From NCBI GenBank assembly GCA_964057225.1, contig OZ059896.1, positions 7,440,001 to 7,504,000 of the forward strand: a stretch of DNA of 64,000 nt. Reading direction: 5' to 3'. Source of the stretch: Auanema rhodensis (lineage: Eukaryota; Animalia; Nematoda). A program made the translations under genes and the position numbers. The notes under the pieces are model-generated. The model made no database searches, was not told where the DNA came from, and saw only the letters and a list, made by a program, of their open reading frames with translations. Position 1 is the stretch's first letter. Every line of letters begins with the position of its first letter. This document shows, piece after piece, positions 1-13,914 of this stretch.

Positions 1-2926
1 TAAGTATTATTTAAATTTACTTTTTTAGGGTAAAAAAACATGATGTAAGATAGAAGAGAATAAAGCTGAAGACTCAAGAACTATATTGAGAGTAATTTTG
101 GAATCACCCGACTATATAAAGTTCGAAGGAGTAACAGAATAACCTTTTGAAAGAGGTAAAACTCAAAATTCAACTCAAAAATCAAGTTGATTGCCGCCAA
201 TAAGGAAAAAACATCCAAAGTAACAACGGAAAATACCCCCACAAGTTTCTATGTTTAAACTATATTCGGTTCAATGACGATAGAATGAATATAGTATTTA
301 CTCGAGAGTTCACAGATTAGCCATATGCTTCTATATTAAGGGAAACGAATGTTGATGAAGATGCTCATTGATCACTTGAAGTTCCTCACGTGTTAACTTC
401 CTCAAGCAAAATCGAGACGAAGGGAGGTAAAAGTCATTACGGAAAAGTAATTCCATTATTCCAGCAGCTTAACGTTGTAAACATTGACGATTTGAATTCG
501 TTAATGTGTGAAAAGTAAAATAAAGTTATATAAGTAAAACATTCTTGGTCATGTAAGCATGTTTTGGAATTTTTTTCTCATTTTCTAGAACAATATCTGT
601 TGTGATGTGTGTCATCATTGAGTTCATGATGATCAGTATAATGACCATTCATGTCACCATTGTTATGATATTGAAGAGAAGATGACATGAGAAATACTAC
701 TTTAGACAGCTATTGCTTTGTTTGAGATCATACCATAAAGCAAAAAATGGAAAGATTTTAGTATACAATTCTAAATACTATATGATATAGTATTCAATAT
801 ATGTAAATAAATATGTTTTTTTGCTACAAAATGATAGAGAGTTAGATGAAGAAGACCATAAATTCATAGACGATCCCGTATGTATCTGAAGATTTGCTGT
901 TGTTTTCTCAATGTGCAACAGCCGTGACAGAAAAGAGTTATGAAGTCTCGGATGGGGTGGTTCTTCTTTCACTGCTTTCTTCAAGTAAAATATTTCCCCT
1001 TATTCAATAATCAAAGATAAAAACAACAAGTTATTTATCTTTCAAATGTTGATAAACACAGTCCGAAATGTTTGTTGAAAACACGTTGCAACTTATTCGC
1101 CATATATGTCATTCATGTTATGCACAAGAGCAATAGAAAATATGAAAGATACACCAGCTTGGAAAGACGAGAAAATGTATAGAGATGTGGGTATCAATGA
1201 AAAAATAAAAAAGACAAAGTCTTTATTCTAACACAGGTTTTTCAAAATAGGTAGCTAGGCTGAGAATCGAATGAATGTTGGCACACAATTACATGCTCTG
1301 ACAGCCTCTTCAAGCTATATGAGATTCTGTAGTTAGTCAGTGCTCTTTCAAAGTCCGAACCTTGGTTATGCTATTTAAAGCCCGTAAACGGAATTTTAAA
1401 CGACCTCCCATATTAAATGCACTTGAAACAGTCAAGATTGTTGGCAGCTTTTAAATAAACTGATCAACTAAGACCAAAAAAGAGGAAAGTCATCAAAGGA
1501 ATACTCTTGACAGAATGAAAATAAATAAAAGAGAAATGAGAAATGAAAAGAAAATTCATTGAGATAGACCATAGTTTGGAATAGTTAAGGCAAAAGAACA
1601 ATTCAGGCATGTAATTCAGGTCCAAAGTGATGAGTTGACCTATAAAACTTTATACGTTTTAACCACATTCATAGCTTTTCACTCGAGCCCGTTCATGACA
1701 ATCATTTGTCTAATTCTAAATCTCTCTCTCTCTTTCAATTTTTACCCAAATATTGCTTCTGCAGCATTCTCTTCCTTTTTATCCCTTTTTGGACATTATT
1801 GCAAAGAAAACTGACAAGTATTTGCGATCATAGCATCCTTATTGAAAGTTCAACATTCCATTTTGGTACTTTTTCTTTAAATGAATATGGATACACTCAA
1901 ATCATATTTAAAACTTGAAATAATCTTTATAATCTTCAAGTAATCCAAGTTTTTGCTTCAATTTAGATTGAACAGTAACTTTCTGATCAGTTTTATAATC
2001 AAATATGATACTAATGTTGAAGTTCATTAACTATTAATATTAAAATATGAATGATTATCCGAATAAGCTTGAAAGAGCAATCCACATACTAAAACTAGAA
2101 AAAACCTAAGTTGTTGTAATTATAATTATGGTAAAACAATAATTTTCTTAAAGACACGATAGATGAAGATTATTCAAAATCAGTTGAGATGGAGAGGCAA
2201 TGATTATGATTCAGAAAGGACCAGTCAAATATTTGGCTGATTCAAGCTTTAAACACATGTTTATTTCATTTAAACAGATAGACATGTATATTCAGCTTAT
2301 ACGGCTTTGCAAGCGTAATTGAATAGGATGAAGGCGATTGAAGTAACATCGAAGGAATAAGAAGATGAAGGACGTCATCATCGAGGACGTGCTTTAAAGA
2401 CGGTTAACCAGTTCAGAACCATGAATGACTAGAAGCACATGACTCTAATCAGATTTTAAGGTATCTTGACAGAGACTGTGTTTAAACGTTTTCTTTAAGA
2501 TAAATAATCAAAATAGCCAAGTTAAACGATGTCTGGTACAAGCTAAATTGAATAGCATGAGACGCATTAAAAAAACATTTTCAATGATCACGTAGATCAG
2601 ATGAAATGGAAAAATAAAATTGAACATTTTCAAATAAATTCATATTTTTAGACAGGAATACATAGAATATTCAGTCACAAAACACAAATTTCATTTTAAA
2701 GTTTGTAATGGAACGACGTGGACGTCATTCGTGAATCCCGAAGGAGAAAAGCAATGTTCTATTGATAAATTGTCTCAAAAACTCAAGTTAACTGAGATAT
2801 TTCACGGATAAGCAATACTATCAACAAGATATTTATAAGCTGATGAAATGTGTCAAACCCTTTTTTTATTTTGAAGTTCTTCCCCCCATCCCCAATTAAC
2901 TGAATAAAATCATCGAAAATGCGTAC

Positions 2927-5900
2927 CTTCAAAGCAAGTTCTTTCCGGGATTCTGCTGATACTCCTCCACTCTTCAGCTGAAAAATTAATTTTTTATATA
3001 AAAAAACAAATATAATATTTTATAAATAAAATTATATTTTTTAAGAAAAACGGTAAATTCTCTTTTTTTTCTAATCAAGTTGTTTCTTGATCCAAATTTT
3101 TAGAAACAAAATGATAAGATGGTTAAATTCGAACATAAAAAACCAAAATACATGAATTTGAAGAAACATGTAAGTGCGAAAAAGAAAAAGAATTGAAGAA
3201 ATAACTGAAATATGAAGTGAACTATGTTAAATAGAAAAGCATAATCAGTTAAGTTTGTATGAGAAATAATTCATAAAACTACTAAAAGCTGTTCATCGCT
3301 GATTTGGGACAAAAGTAAAAGGATTTGTAGAATATTATTATAATAATTAAAAAGAATAAAAATAAAAAGAATAATCAAAACATTTTTCATTTGTCTGAAA
3401 ACCGTTAGCTAAAATAAAATAAGAGAGAAACGCCAAGAAGTAGAAGTTAAGCTAAGCTATTTTGCAAAAAAATGGGAAGATGAAACAACTTTTGAATAAA
3501 GAAGCTGACATTCGTTGATTTAATTTGAAGATATCAATAGTTGACAGCTATCAAGTTAAATTGTTTCAAAAAACATTTTCAATTTGAAAAGTTCAAATTT
3601 GCATTTACTTAGCCACTTCGTAATACTCTCAAGAGAATTATTTCAAGAAACACCACATACAAACTATAGAATAAACCATATGTGGAAATAAAAGAAGTTT
3701 TTAGACAAAACTTTAAAGAATGAAAAAACTCAGACGAAGAATAACGACGAACTCCCAAGTAGAAAGCTATAAACTAGAACAAGCGCATTCAATATATTTA
3801 AAAAAAACGAGATTGATAGTTAGAAGTCGAATAAAAAAAATTTAATCAAATAATTTTTAAAAAAATCTAATATATATATATTTGGAAATAATGAAAAAAA
3901 AAACTAACTTGATCAATTATTTTTGGATAATCTGAAGGATTAGAAATGATCGTAACACGTGAATGATTTTTAGCGGCTGCACGAAGTAAGGCAACTCCTC
4001 CTATAAAAATGAAATGTATAATTGAAACTTTTTTAATTCATAAAGTTTTAAATATTAAAATTATATTTTTATACTTACCAATATCAATATTCTCAATAGC
4101 TTGTTCAACTGTACAATCAGACTTTGCAACAGTAGCTTGGAAAGGATAAAGATTGCAAATAACAAATGAAACGTATTCAAATCCGCAGCGCTGAAAAGAA
4201 ATATTTAACTGAAAATCTTTAACAAGTTTCTATGTTTGACTAAAACTTCGATTATCAAAAGACAGAACATTGTAAACATGTTAATCAAAACTTGCAAGCT
4301 GTGAAAGTCAAAAGTGATAAATGGAGTAGGCGGAATTACGAACTTTTAAACAAGCTTGAAGATGTGAACTTAGACAATCTCGACAAGCCGAAAGAGAAAG
4401 TAAACTAACTCAAAAAGGAAGAATGAAGTTTCTTGTGGAAGAAAGCTTAGAAACTATACTGCCACGAGTTATTCCTGTTTGAATGAACTCGATGACTCGT
4501 AAGAATCAGGAATATTAAGCCTGTGTCCAGGCCGGAAGAATATTGCCAAAAGTTACTTCATAGACATTTAGAAAGTCACTTCAACATTAGGTGACCAGCC
4601 TTTACTTATACATCGTTAAACATAAAGAAAAAAATCATTTACAGTAGTTTATCTTCCGATCAAAAACCTCAGCATCAGCTTAACTTACAGCCAAGCAAGT
4701 TCAACAAGCTAAGATGTGAAAGAACTTCTTGAAATGAAAACAAAAGAGAATGGCAGATTAAAGTAAATGAACCTAAGAAAAATGAATAAATGCTGATTAA
4801 ATGAGAAAATCTTGAGAAAGAATTAAGTAACGTGACTGACAAATTTTCTCACATTCCCAAAAAGACTAAGCTTCTTCTTCGTCTATATAGGCATGGAGAA
4901 TGACGGCTCAAAGATCCGAAACGGTCCTATGGGAAGACAAGGAAGAAAGAAAAAAAGCGAATAACTGAAGTAAGACATAAAAATAGAAAACAATTTATGA
5001 AAACGTCAACATGCAACAATATGTCGAAGATAATCACTTATGAATTTTTCTTAAAAAAAGCGATTGAAAGTAAAAAAATAAGAAAGGTGTAGATGAACAC
5101 AAGAGAAAGAATTTTCTTTTTTTTTGGAAAAAAGTTTAAAAACGTGAATCATTTCACTAATAGCGTTATGAATGCTCTTTAAGTGAACTATGATCCGATT
5201 CGTTCATATGGAGCAGATATAACGCTTCAATTTTCAAGTTGGTGATTGAGCTCAGACCATTACTAGCAAAGTCTATTTCTGATCGAAATAAAAGTCATAA
5301 AGTGTTATTATATGAAGAAATGTATATTATGTGTAAAAAAAAATGAATTGAATAGTCAAATAAAATAAGAAATATCATTTGGAAAAGAACACAATGTTCA
5401 GAAACTTCCAAATTTAGATAACATCTCTTTGTCACCAAAATAAGAAACAAAACGTCTGCACATTGAATAGACAATGGTCTTTCAAGAGTACTAGCTTGAG
5501 TATCTCTTGATGTGTAAATTTGTTGTATATATTGTTGATGAATGTCAAATGACCAGTAGTAACAGAATGAAACCGATGGAAAAGCTTTGCAAAAGGACAA
5601 CAAGCAAAGATACATTGGTCAATTCAAACTTTTCCTCATACATATGCCTATGTAAGCTAATATCTCATTCCAGATACTAGAAAATTCACCAGAACTATCA
5701 TGCTTTGAGGTGAAAAAACTTTGAGAATCATAAGAAGACAACACAAATCCAAAAAACCATTCTAATTTAAGAAAAAGATACGAAAAAGGCAGAATATTAA
5801 GAAACCATCAGTTGCATTTCGTTTGAATTTACTTACTCTTTCATTTTTTTCCAAAAATAACTAACCTCCATATCCTTTTTATCTTCTTCGGTATCACGGG

Positions 5901-6417
5901 CCAAAATTCCACCATGAACTGCTGGATGAAGAGTTTTGACTCTTCCACCAAGCATCTCTTGGAACTTGGTAATATCAGCAACATCGCTGCAAAGTTCAAA
6001 GACTGAAGCTATTTTAAGAACAAATAAAGTCTTACCGAACTGGAATGTTACAATCACGTAAATATTGCGCAGTGCCACCAGAAGCAACAAGTCGTACACT
6101 TTGTTCGTGAAGAGCACTTGCAATATCTTTCAAATTAGTTTTGTCAGAAACGGAAATGACAGCTGAAACAAGAATAAAAAGAAAAACAGATAAATTTCTT
6201 AAGCAAAGAATTCAATGTTCAGGATGATCTATGCTCATAAATTGTCTTTCATCTCTTTTTGCCATATACTTCTATTCGAACAAATTGTTAAAAAATACAT
6301 TCCATTGAAATAATGGTTCATCATAAATGTATAACGAACTTCTTGCATAATTAATAATAAAACCATAAGAACATTTTTAAGATCTTTGATGAGCTTACCT
6401 AATGTATTCTTCATCAT
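2927..6417 (-). CDS. atic-1: Bifunctional purine biosynthesis protein ATIC/PurH, N-terminal IMP-cyclohydrolase half only; gene presumably continues beyond window start
   Basis: Exons 6417-6399, 6162-6036, 5986-5866, 4190-4079, 4000-3909 and 2977-2927 join in frame at GT-AG sites. They give [77 protein letters not shown], diagnostic PurH motifs. Confidence 0.95.
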
Positions 6418-6850
6418 TTCAGTTTTTTAAGACAGCTATTTGATTAGAACAAATCTCTATAAAAAAACAAAATTGCTATGAAAGTCTTTATAATAATCAT
6501 ATACATATAATTATTTAAAAAGCGAAAGAAAGAAAAACATTTATAATCACTAAAAATGACTTTAGATTAGTCAAGGCAAGATACAGAAAAGAAGAGATTG
6601 GTGAAGATAGAAACGAAACGGCAATACTATTTAAAGGTTATTAATCTAACAATCTTTTTTTTGCTGGTCAATCCAGACACCATTGTATATTACTTCCAAT
6701 TGTTCTCTTATAAAGAAAATTATCAACTATCGGGCAATATGTAATCATGTACTATTGAAGATGAAAAACAAAGTCAACTGGTTGCCATTTAATAAAAAGT
6801 TTTTTGGCACGTTAGAGCTGATGAAAACAAACACAACCATTTTCAAAAGG

Positions 6851-9592
6851 TTATTCCAACTGTCCAATAGGAGCATTCTGCAGCCATAAACTATGTAGAA
6901 AGTTGTAGAGTTTCTCACTGACGGACACCTTTAAAAAAGAAGTTTTTTTAAATCGCAATAAATGACTATGTATTCCCATGATAACAACTAAGTTGCACCC
7001 TTCCTCTCTTCCCCTCCCCCCTTTTTTTTAAACATTTTCGTCTCCTATAACCATAATGAGAAGATTATTCTACTTAAATATTGATAACTCGGAGAGTATT
7101 ACGAACGAGCAAAAACTGGTAAGAAGTAGGATGACATTAAAAGTGTTGTGAACAATGTGCAAACAAATCAATTCAAATATTGGTCGGATTGATAACAATA
7201 ATATGAGAACAAAAAAAAGACTTCATCTGAAGTCGAATCTTTTAGTAATAAACATATGAATCAGATATATTGTGGGCGGATCCTTGGCATCACTACGTGA
7301 GAACCAAGATGGGGGAATCCCCTCCCTACTGTTGACCTACCCTTGATATTAGTTAGACTTTGATCCGATCAAAGAACCAAAAAAACATAAGATTACTGAC
7401 CTTATACGGTGTTGGATTGAGATAACGTCGGTGATCTTTACGAAGACTTTCCATCGAAGTATTAACACGTGCCTAAGAAATTAAGGAAAATACCAGATAT
7501 ATCTTTTACAAGAATTATGCACCTTAATTACATCCAAAGACGGGAGTTCCTGTTGTAATTTTCCTTCTGCCCAGAATAGTTGTTGCAAAGGCTCCACCCT
7601 GCTAGGAATTACTAAAGCGCGTTTGGATTCCTATAGAAATAGCATTACTCTGATTCTTAAACTCATAATGTCACCTCGAATGGATGCCTACATAAGACTT
7701 GTTCATTTGCTTTTGGAATTTCCTCATCTTCGAGAGTCATCAAATCCAATATACTGTATCCAGATTTTCCATAAACACGGTAACACTTTTTCCGACCAGG
7801 TATGGTTATTTTCGATACTTCCTGGCTCAGTTTAATTTTGGGCTGTCCACTAAGGGCCACTAACTAGAATAAGACGAACAGTGGCACAACTACATGCACA
7901 ACGAGAGCAGTGAAATATTGACACCTACATACTCATAACAGAATAAAACTTTATTTACCTTAAAAACACAGCCTAAAGCTGGCTGTTTCTGGCATGTAAC
8001 AAGATGTGTTCCAACACCATAGGCATCAATCTCATGTCCTTGTTCATTTAGAGACATTATTGTTTCTTCATTGATATCATTTGAAGCAACAATTGTCATA
8101 GCCCTAATCCAATCATATTCCGGTTTTCTAATTTGTAAACAATCAGAAATATGAATTATTAGTTTTACTTACAAATCTGCAACTTTCCTGAATTTTGAAC
8201 GAACTTCTTTCGATAAATAAGATAAATCACCGCTGTCAATGCGACACCCTAATGACTTATAACCAATATCAAACAAGGCTAATGTGACAGCCAAGAAGTT
8301 CACGAGGCCACTTCTGTAAACATATTAGGTGAAGCATACGAATATAGGATTTAGAAGATTATTTCATTACCTTAGAACATCATAAGTGTCAATTAAAGCT
8401 AAGAATGAATCTGGGAATGCAATTGCATAAGCTACAAAAGCAGCCAACTCTCCATCATTCACTTCGGATTTGGCTACTCCCCAGTTTATCTATAATGTAC
8501 TAATGTTCAACTTAAAACTATTGGTTAGCATACGCTATCCATTATATAATTTCGTTTATTTCCGCTTATCTCAAACAAATCAAATTCAGTTGAACCATCA
8601 CTCGATTTCAACATTCGAACCTTAATGTTTTATATTATTCTAGTTTTGTTTGAAGAGTGTACTTTTAATTCTTCAGGTGTAGAATAAGACGAGATGAAAG
8701 AATGAGCTTGTGTTCCCTTCACTGGGATTCCATATAACTTTCCAGCTAGAACATTACTTGTGCCATTAAATCCTATACAAGCGTTTATCATTCTGCTTTT
8801 ATCATAAAAACACCAAACCTCCAATGTAGCAATATTTACTGGCTGTAAGTCCTCCATTAGGACCTTGCGCTCTGCGAAGGCCGAATTCCAACATTTGCTT
8901 CCGCTCACCGGCAACCTATAAAGTCCAAATCTCATTCCTATTTCCTGTCGTTTATACCTGTCTGAATCGAGCAGCATTTGTGGCTACTAAACTGGCATAA
9001 TTTACCAAATTCAAAAAAGTGGTTTCTAGCAATTGACAGATTGATAGAGGTCCTTCTATCGTAATCAAAGGAACTTTGGGGAAAACGACAGAACCTGAAC
9101 CAATTGTTCATTAATAAAAACAAAAATTGGATTCACCTTCAGGAACACCATGAATTCTTAATTGACTACAATCTATACTAGCCAAATAAGTAAAAAATTT
9201 TTCATCAGCATCAGACGGAAGAATTTTACGAATATAATCGAGATCTAAGAAACACATACATTTTGTTCGCCATAATAGATTGATAATATCATACCACTTT
9301 GTGAGAATTTGAAGTTTTCAACAAAACGAAGGCAATCTTCGAGACCGGCAAAAACAGTGAATTCGCCCTTAAAATTAGACTAACATATATAATATTTCTT
9401 TTAAAGGAACCTGGAAAGGATTTTTTCTGAAAAACAAATCAAAAACTGCTGGCTCATCATGAGTGCCAGATCGCCAGTAAGCATAGCACATAGTGATCTA
9501 GAAGATTTTGAGTACTCCTAGATTAACTTAGAAAGTTATACCTGATAAAAATCAGTCAGCAATGGCTGAACCAACGAATCCTGACCATTCAT
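6851..9592 (-). CDS. nprt-1: Nicotinate phosphoribosyltransferase (NAPRT), multi-exon
   Basis: Exons encode [98 protein letters not shown] and [19 protein letters not shown] (TAA at 6851). The open frame extends to the acceptor at 9630, so the true start may be further upstream. Confidence 0.95.
7268..7381 (-). ncRNA. Candidate structured intronic RNA (H/ACA-like) in the last NAPRT intron
   Basis: Minus strand shows a hairpin, an H-box-like ACAGUA (7332-7327), a GC-rich hairpin (CUUGG/CCAAG, UCAC/GUGA, GGGAGG/CCGCCC) and ACA at 7273-7271. It sits in a ~470-bp intron, whereas neighbouring introns are ~45 bp. Confidence 0.35.
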
Positions 9593-11383
9593 GTGCAAGC
9601 CGTTATTCAAACCGCCACCAGGACCAGATTCTGAAGAATAAGATACTTAGAGACGGGACATATTGAAGATTATTAGGAGAAGCTGGGAAAACCGCTTCTG
9701 TGCAAGCAGTTTTTTGCTTAAAACAACCGTAACAACAAGCTTCTCTTCATTCAAGGTTTCAAGAAGCGTTAAAACAGAAAGTAAGGACAATCACATGAAC
9801 AGAGGAGTTTCAAATCATTATGATAACATTTATTGAACATAAAGCCAGTGGTTACATGCTCTAACAACAAATAAGTTCACACAAACATGATTTCTATGAT
9901 TACTCTTACCAGATGGCAATACGAATGCCATTTCAGGATGAAAGACGCAGCAACTGATAAAAAAAATAGGTCGTGGGGTACACCTCAAAGGACAAAATCT
10001 CATAATCACCTCCACATAACGCGATACATCACCACTTATAATTCAAGAAAAATTGATAGGAAAACGAAAAATAGCAGAAAACATAGTATGAATTCACCCT
10101 TCGCAGTAAAGATGCAAACTATACTATAGGGAAACCAAAGAAATACATAATAACTTTAAACTCGAGGTGCAATTTCAATGTATAGACATGAGAGATGATG
10201 GAAGAAAACGTATAACATATAAAAATAACAGGAAATACAAACGACAATAGCTTTCTTCGCCCCCTCGACTTGTCAATTTAGCTTGATGAACACGAAAATA
10301 ATTGATGAAATAGAAAGAAAACATAATAATCATCAAATAGCCATTATATACAGTCATGCTAATAAATGTTAAACGCTTTTAAGTTGATAAAGAATAAAAC
10401 ATATCTGTGTAAACAACGAAACATCAAGTGGCAAAACGCCAGCACAGATTAGTTGGAAAGGAACATGAATTTCCTCACGCCTAGTCACAACTATATATGA
10501 TGAGATTATAAGAGATATACATATATATGGAAAAGAAACTGCTCTCGAAAGAACATAGATTTATTAGCATGACAAAGGGATAGGATGAGGAAATATAACG
10601 AGGTCGGGAAAGAGATGGAGAGTAGAAAACGAGAAATAGAAAGTAATGGATGGGAGGGCGATGTGAGAAGCGCAGGATAAGAGCATAGTAAGAAAGCAGA
10701 GCAAGGATAAATCATTTTAAAACCCCAACTATCTGTGCTGTCATTTAGACACTTTCATTGATATAGTATAGATAAGTTCAAAACTAAAATAATAATCATC
10801 GAAAGACATTGAAAAGGCATTGTTGTGAATGACATGCAGGTGTGAATGTGCGAAATGTGCGAAATGTGATTGAGGTAAAGTTTGATGCCTTGTGAAGGAC
10901 ATCGGTAGAGCTACACAAACTTTCTTTTCACAAAGGCAAAAAAAGCGAATAGTGAATGTGATGTAGCGGATGGGTGAATAGGGACTGTGATATTAATAAA
11001 ATGCCGATAAGAACAGCTAGGCTTATTAAATAACAAAAGTCTGAAAAAATGACATCTTATTTACAAGTAAATAAAACCTGGCACTTTCAACAACAATCAG
11101 CATATAAGGTTCTGAAATACAATATTACCAAATGATAACTTATAAATCAAATACATGCAAAAACAGAGAATTTCAAATCCTATAAAAGAACAGAATAAAC
11201 AAAATTAGATCAAAACATGAGAACGAGGTCTTCGAAGCATATTTGACGGATATACACAGATAGGAAAGTAAAAAAAAACTAAACTTCTTTAACATTTTAA
11301 AAAATGAAGGAACAGTAGACTAGTTCAAATACGTTTCTGCTCACTAAGCCGAAAGAAATATGTAACTCAACAAGGCTTCTATA

Positions 11384-13914
11384 CTATAACTCAAACAATT
11401 CTTTTTTCCGCTTCTGAATCCGCAACAGATCAGATTCCAACTGAATGAGAAAGGTTTAAGATCAAAATGTGAAAATCAAACTTTTACCTGCAACACCCTA
11501 GCTTTAGTTGCTTCCAATTCGTTCTTCTTGATTTCTTCCTCTAAGGCAAGATCCCATAACTCATTTTTCTAAAATAATCCTTTAGTCAGACATTTTTTTA
11601 AATTCTAATAAACCTTATTATCAATATCTTGCTCAGGGTTAAATCTAACCTCTGGCTGAATAATAGCAGGGGTCTAAATAAGATATATATATATATATAT
11701 AATTATATAAATATTATCTCACTATCGAGAAGTAGTCATCCTCCACCTCATCCTTAATTGGTTTAGCACACGAGGTTATGTCAAGCCTGCTAGATAAAGT
11801 ATTTTCATCAAGCATTAAGGACGAGCACATAGAACTGGTGTTAGTAACCGAATCACCAATAGCTGGTAATGATCCCGAGGACGTAGACGAAGCTGATGAT
11901 GGACCAGCTTTTGTGGACTTTGCTACTGATTTAGCCTTTTCAATTTCACCAAGAACCTTAAGCGGGACAAAAAAAAGCATGAAACATAATATTTGATCCA
12001 GATATCGCTTACCCTACTGAGATCTGCTGTTCCAGAATTGTACGACCGCATAGCATTCGGGTAGTTATATGGTGTACTCATAGGAATGTTTGCGACAGTA
12101 GCATAAGTAGCAGAGGAATCATTCAAGCTAGGTATTGTTACGCTACTAGGTGTTGGCATGAGGACACTAAAGAGATTAGCAGGAAAAATAAAATATAAAA
12201 TATGATAAAACATACGGTAATGTATTCGGTAATTCTAACAATATACCATCTTCCTCAGATAAATCTTCGGGTCTGCATAGTTTAAATATATTTTATTTCA
12301 GCCCATTTTTCTCTTACTTTTTATCTAATAATCTATATTTGGATGCTCGATCCCGTCTAACTAAATCACTTTGCTTTTTTCCTATAACTGATTTTGCTAT
12401 CCGTTTCCAAGTTTTTTGTTTATCATGTTGATTGATGATTGGTCCAGGTATAACATTTCGCTTTTTCAACTTTGGCGCTTGTGCTGTGGCAGCTAAATCC
12501 ACAAATTAGAGTTGTATTAACTTTGAAATTACTAACCGGAACTAACACGTGTTGGAGAGAAAATAGTTGAAGTTCGAACACGTTCTGTTTTTTTTTCTGG
12601 GTTTATTTTGGGAGCCACTTTCCCAGGTTCCTCTTGTGGTAAAGGCTTTCTAAGCTGAAGTATGACGCATAAGATTATAAGAGCAATATGACGCAGATTT
12701 TACCTTATCTTTCTTTCTCATCGACATGCTACATGCTCTTTGAAACATAGTTTTCTTAGGCTCTTCGTTTTGAGGAGATGGTTGTCCACTTTTACTTTTA
12801 TCTCTTTCTTTGATATTAATATTTTCTTGATGGCGTTCCTTGGGAAACCTTTCTCCATGGTAGCTTGAGAAAAAAATAATTACCAACTTCTGTTTCCAAG
12901 ATTCTCACCTTGCTCGATTGGAATTTCTTTCAAAAAATCGTCTATCTGTATACCCTCGATAGTCGTTTCTGTGGCTCTCGGAGGATCTCTCATTGTTATA
13001 AGGACTTCCCTTAAACGAATAATGCATAAAGATAAAACTTATAAACAATGAAAACAATCCGACGAGCAAATATTGCGGAGTCGTGACGCTTCAGAAAAAT
13101 ACACGCAGTGTAACGCACTACGAATATGATTTTCTTTCGATTCAAAACAAGTTCGTATAATTTAAAAAAATAATTAATAATCATTATAAGAACTCTTAGA
13201 AATATTAAAGATTTTAGAAAATTAAATTAATACCCTGTACACCCCATATCCATAACGGTTCGCAGCGTTTCGAGGTGTATACGTCCCAACATGCTCTCTA
13301 TATATTAAATATTAGACTTTAAATTTAAAAAAGAAAACCTTCGATCATAATTTCTTGATGAAGCTGGCTCCATGTATGTGTTATCCTTACGATCCGTACC
13401 ATTATTTCTCATTTTTTTGTATGGCTGCAAGTTTTATTATTGAAAAGAATTTTTTTCTTATTTACTTTGTCAGCTTCTTCTGTATCTATTTTAGCCCTCA
13501 ATCTTTCTAACCGTTTTCGATGATCTGGAGAGTCAACGTGCTAAAATAGAAAATATTTATTCCATACAATAAATCTCAAATTCGACCTTCGAATAATCTG
13601 CTAACGATTTACAATTGTAAGTACATTCACTACAGTTGTGTTCTTGAGATCCAGTGGATGCGATCTTAACGTGATGGCTAAGCAGAAGAATGTGCTCTTC
13701 TAGCTCCTACAACACAGAAACACGTATAGACATACAAATAGTTCTAGTACACAACTTTAAAATGTAAGGTTCAACGAAATTTGTAAAAATCAATATGTCA
13801 TAATAAAATTGTACATGGGTGCAATCTTTACACTTCAATGGCCTTGTATATGAAAATTGACCTTACCAATTTACTGCTAAAACTTGTATTACATAGCTTA
13901 CAATCCAGTGGCAT
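11384..13914 (-). CDS. Protein with two N-terminal C2H2 (U1/matrin-type) zinc fingers resembling the ZNF106 N-terminus, a low-complexity middle and a C-terminal coiled coil
   Basis: Spliced N-terminus is MPLDCKLCNTSFSSKL|ELEEHILLLSHHVKIASTGSQEHNCSECTYNCKSLADYSK|HVDSPDHRKRL. The exon junctions I checked join in frame. The protein ends ..ELWDLALEEEIKKNELEATKARVLQ|LESDLLRIQKRKKELFEL* (TAG at 11384). Confidence 0.8.

Noticed and set aside
878-985. H/ACA-like hairpin ending in ACA in an ATIC intron
   Set aside because: No ANANNA H box upstream and short pocket-to-ACA spacing.
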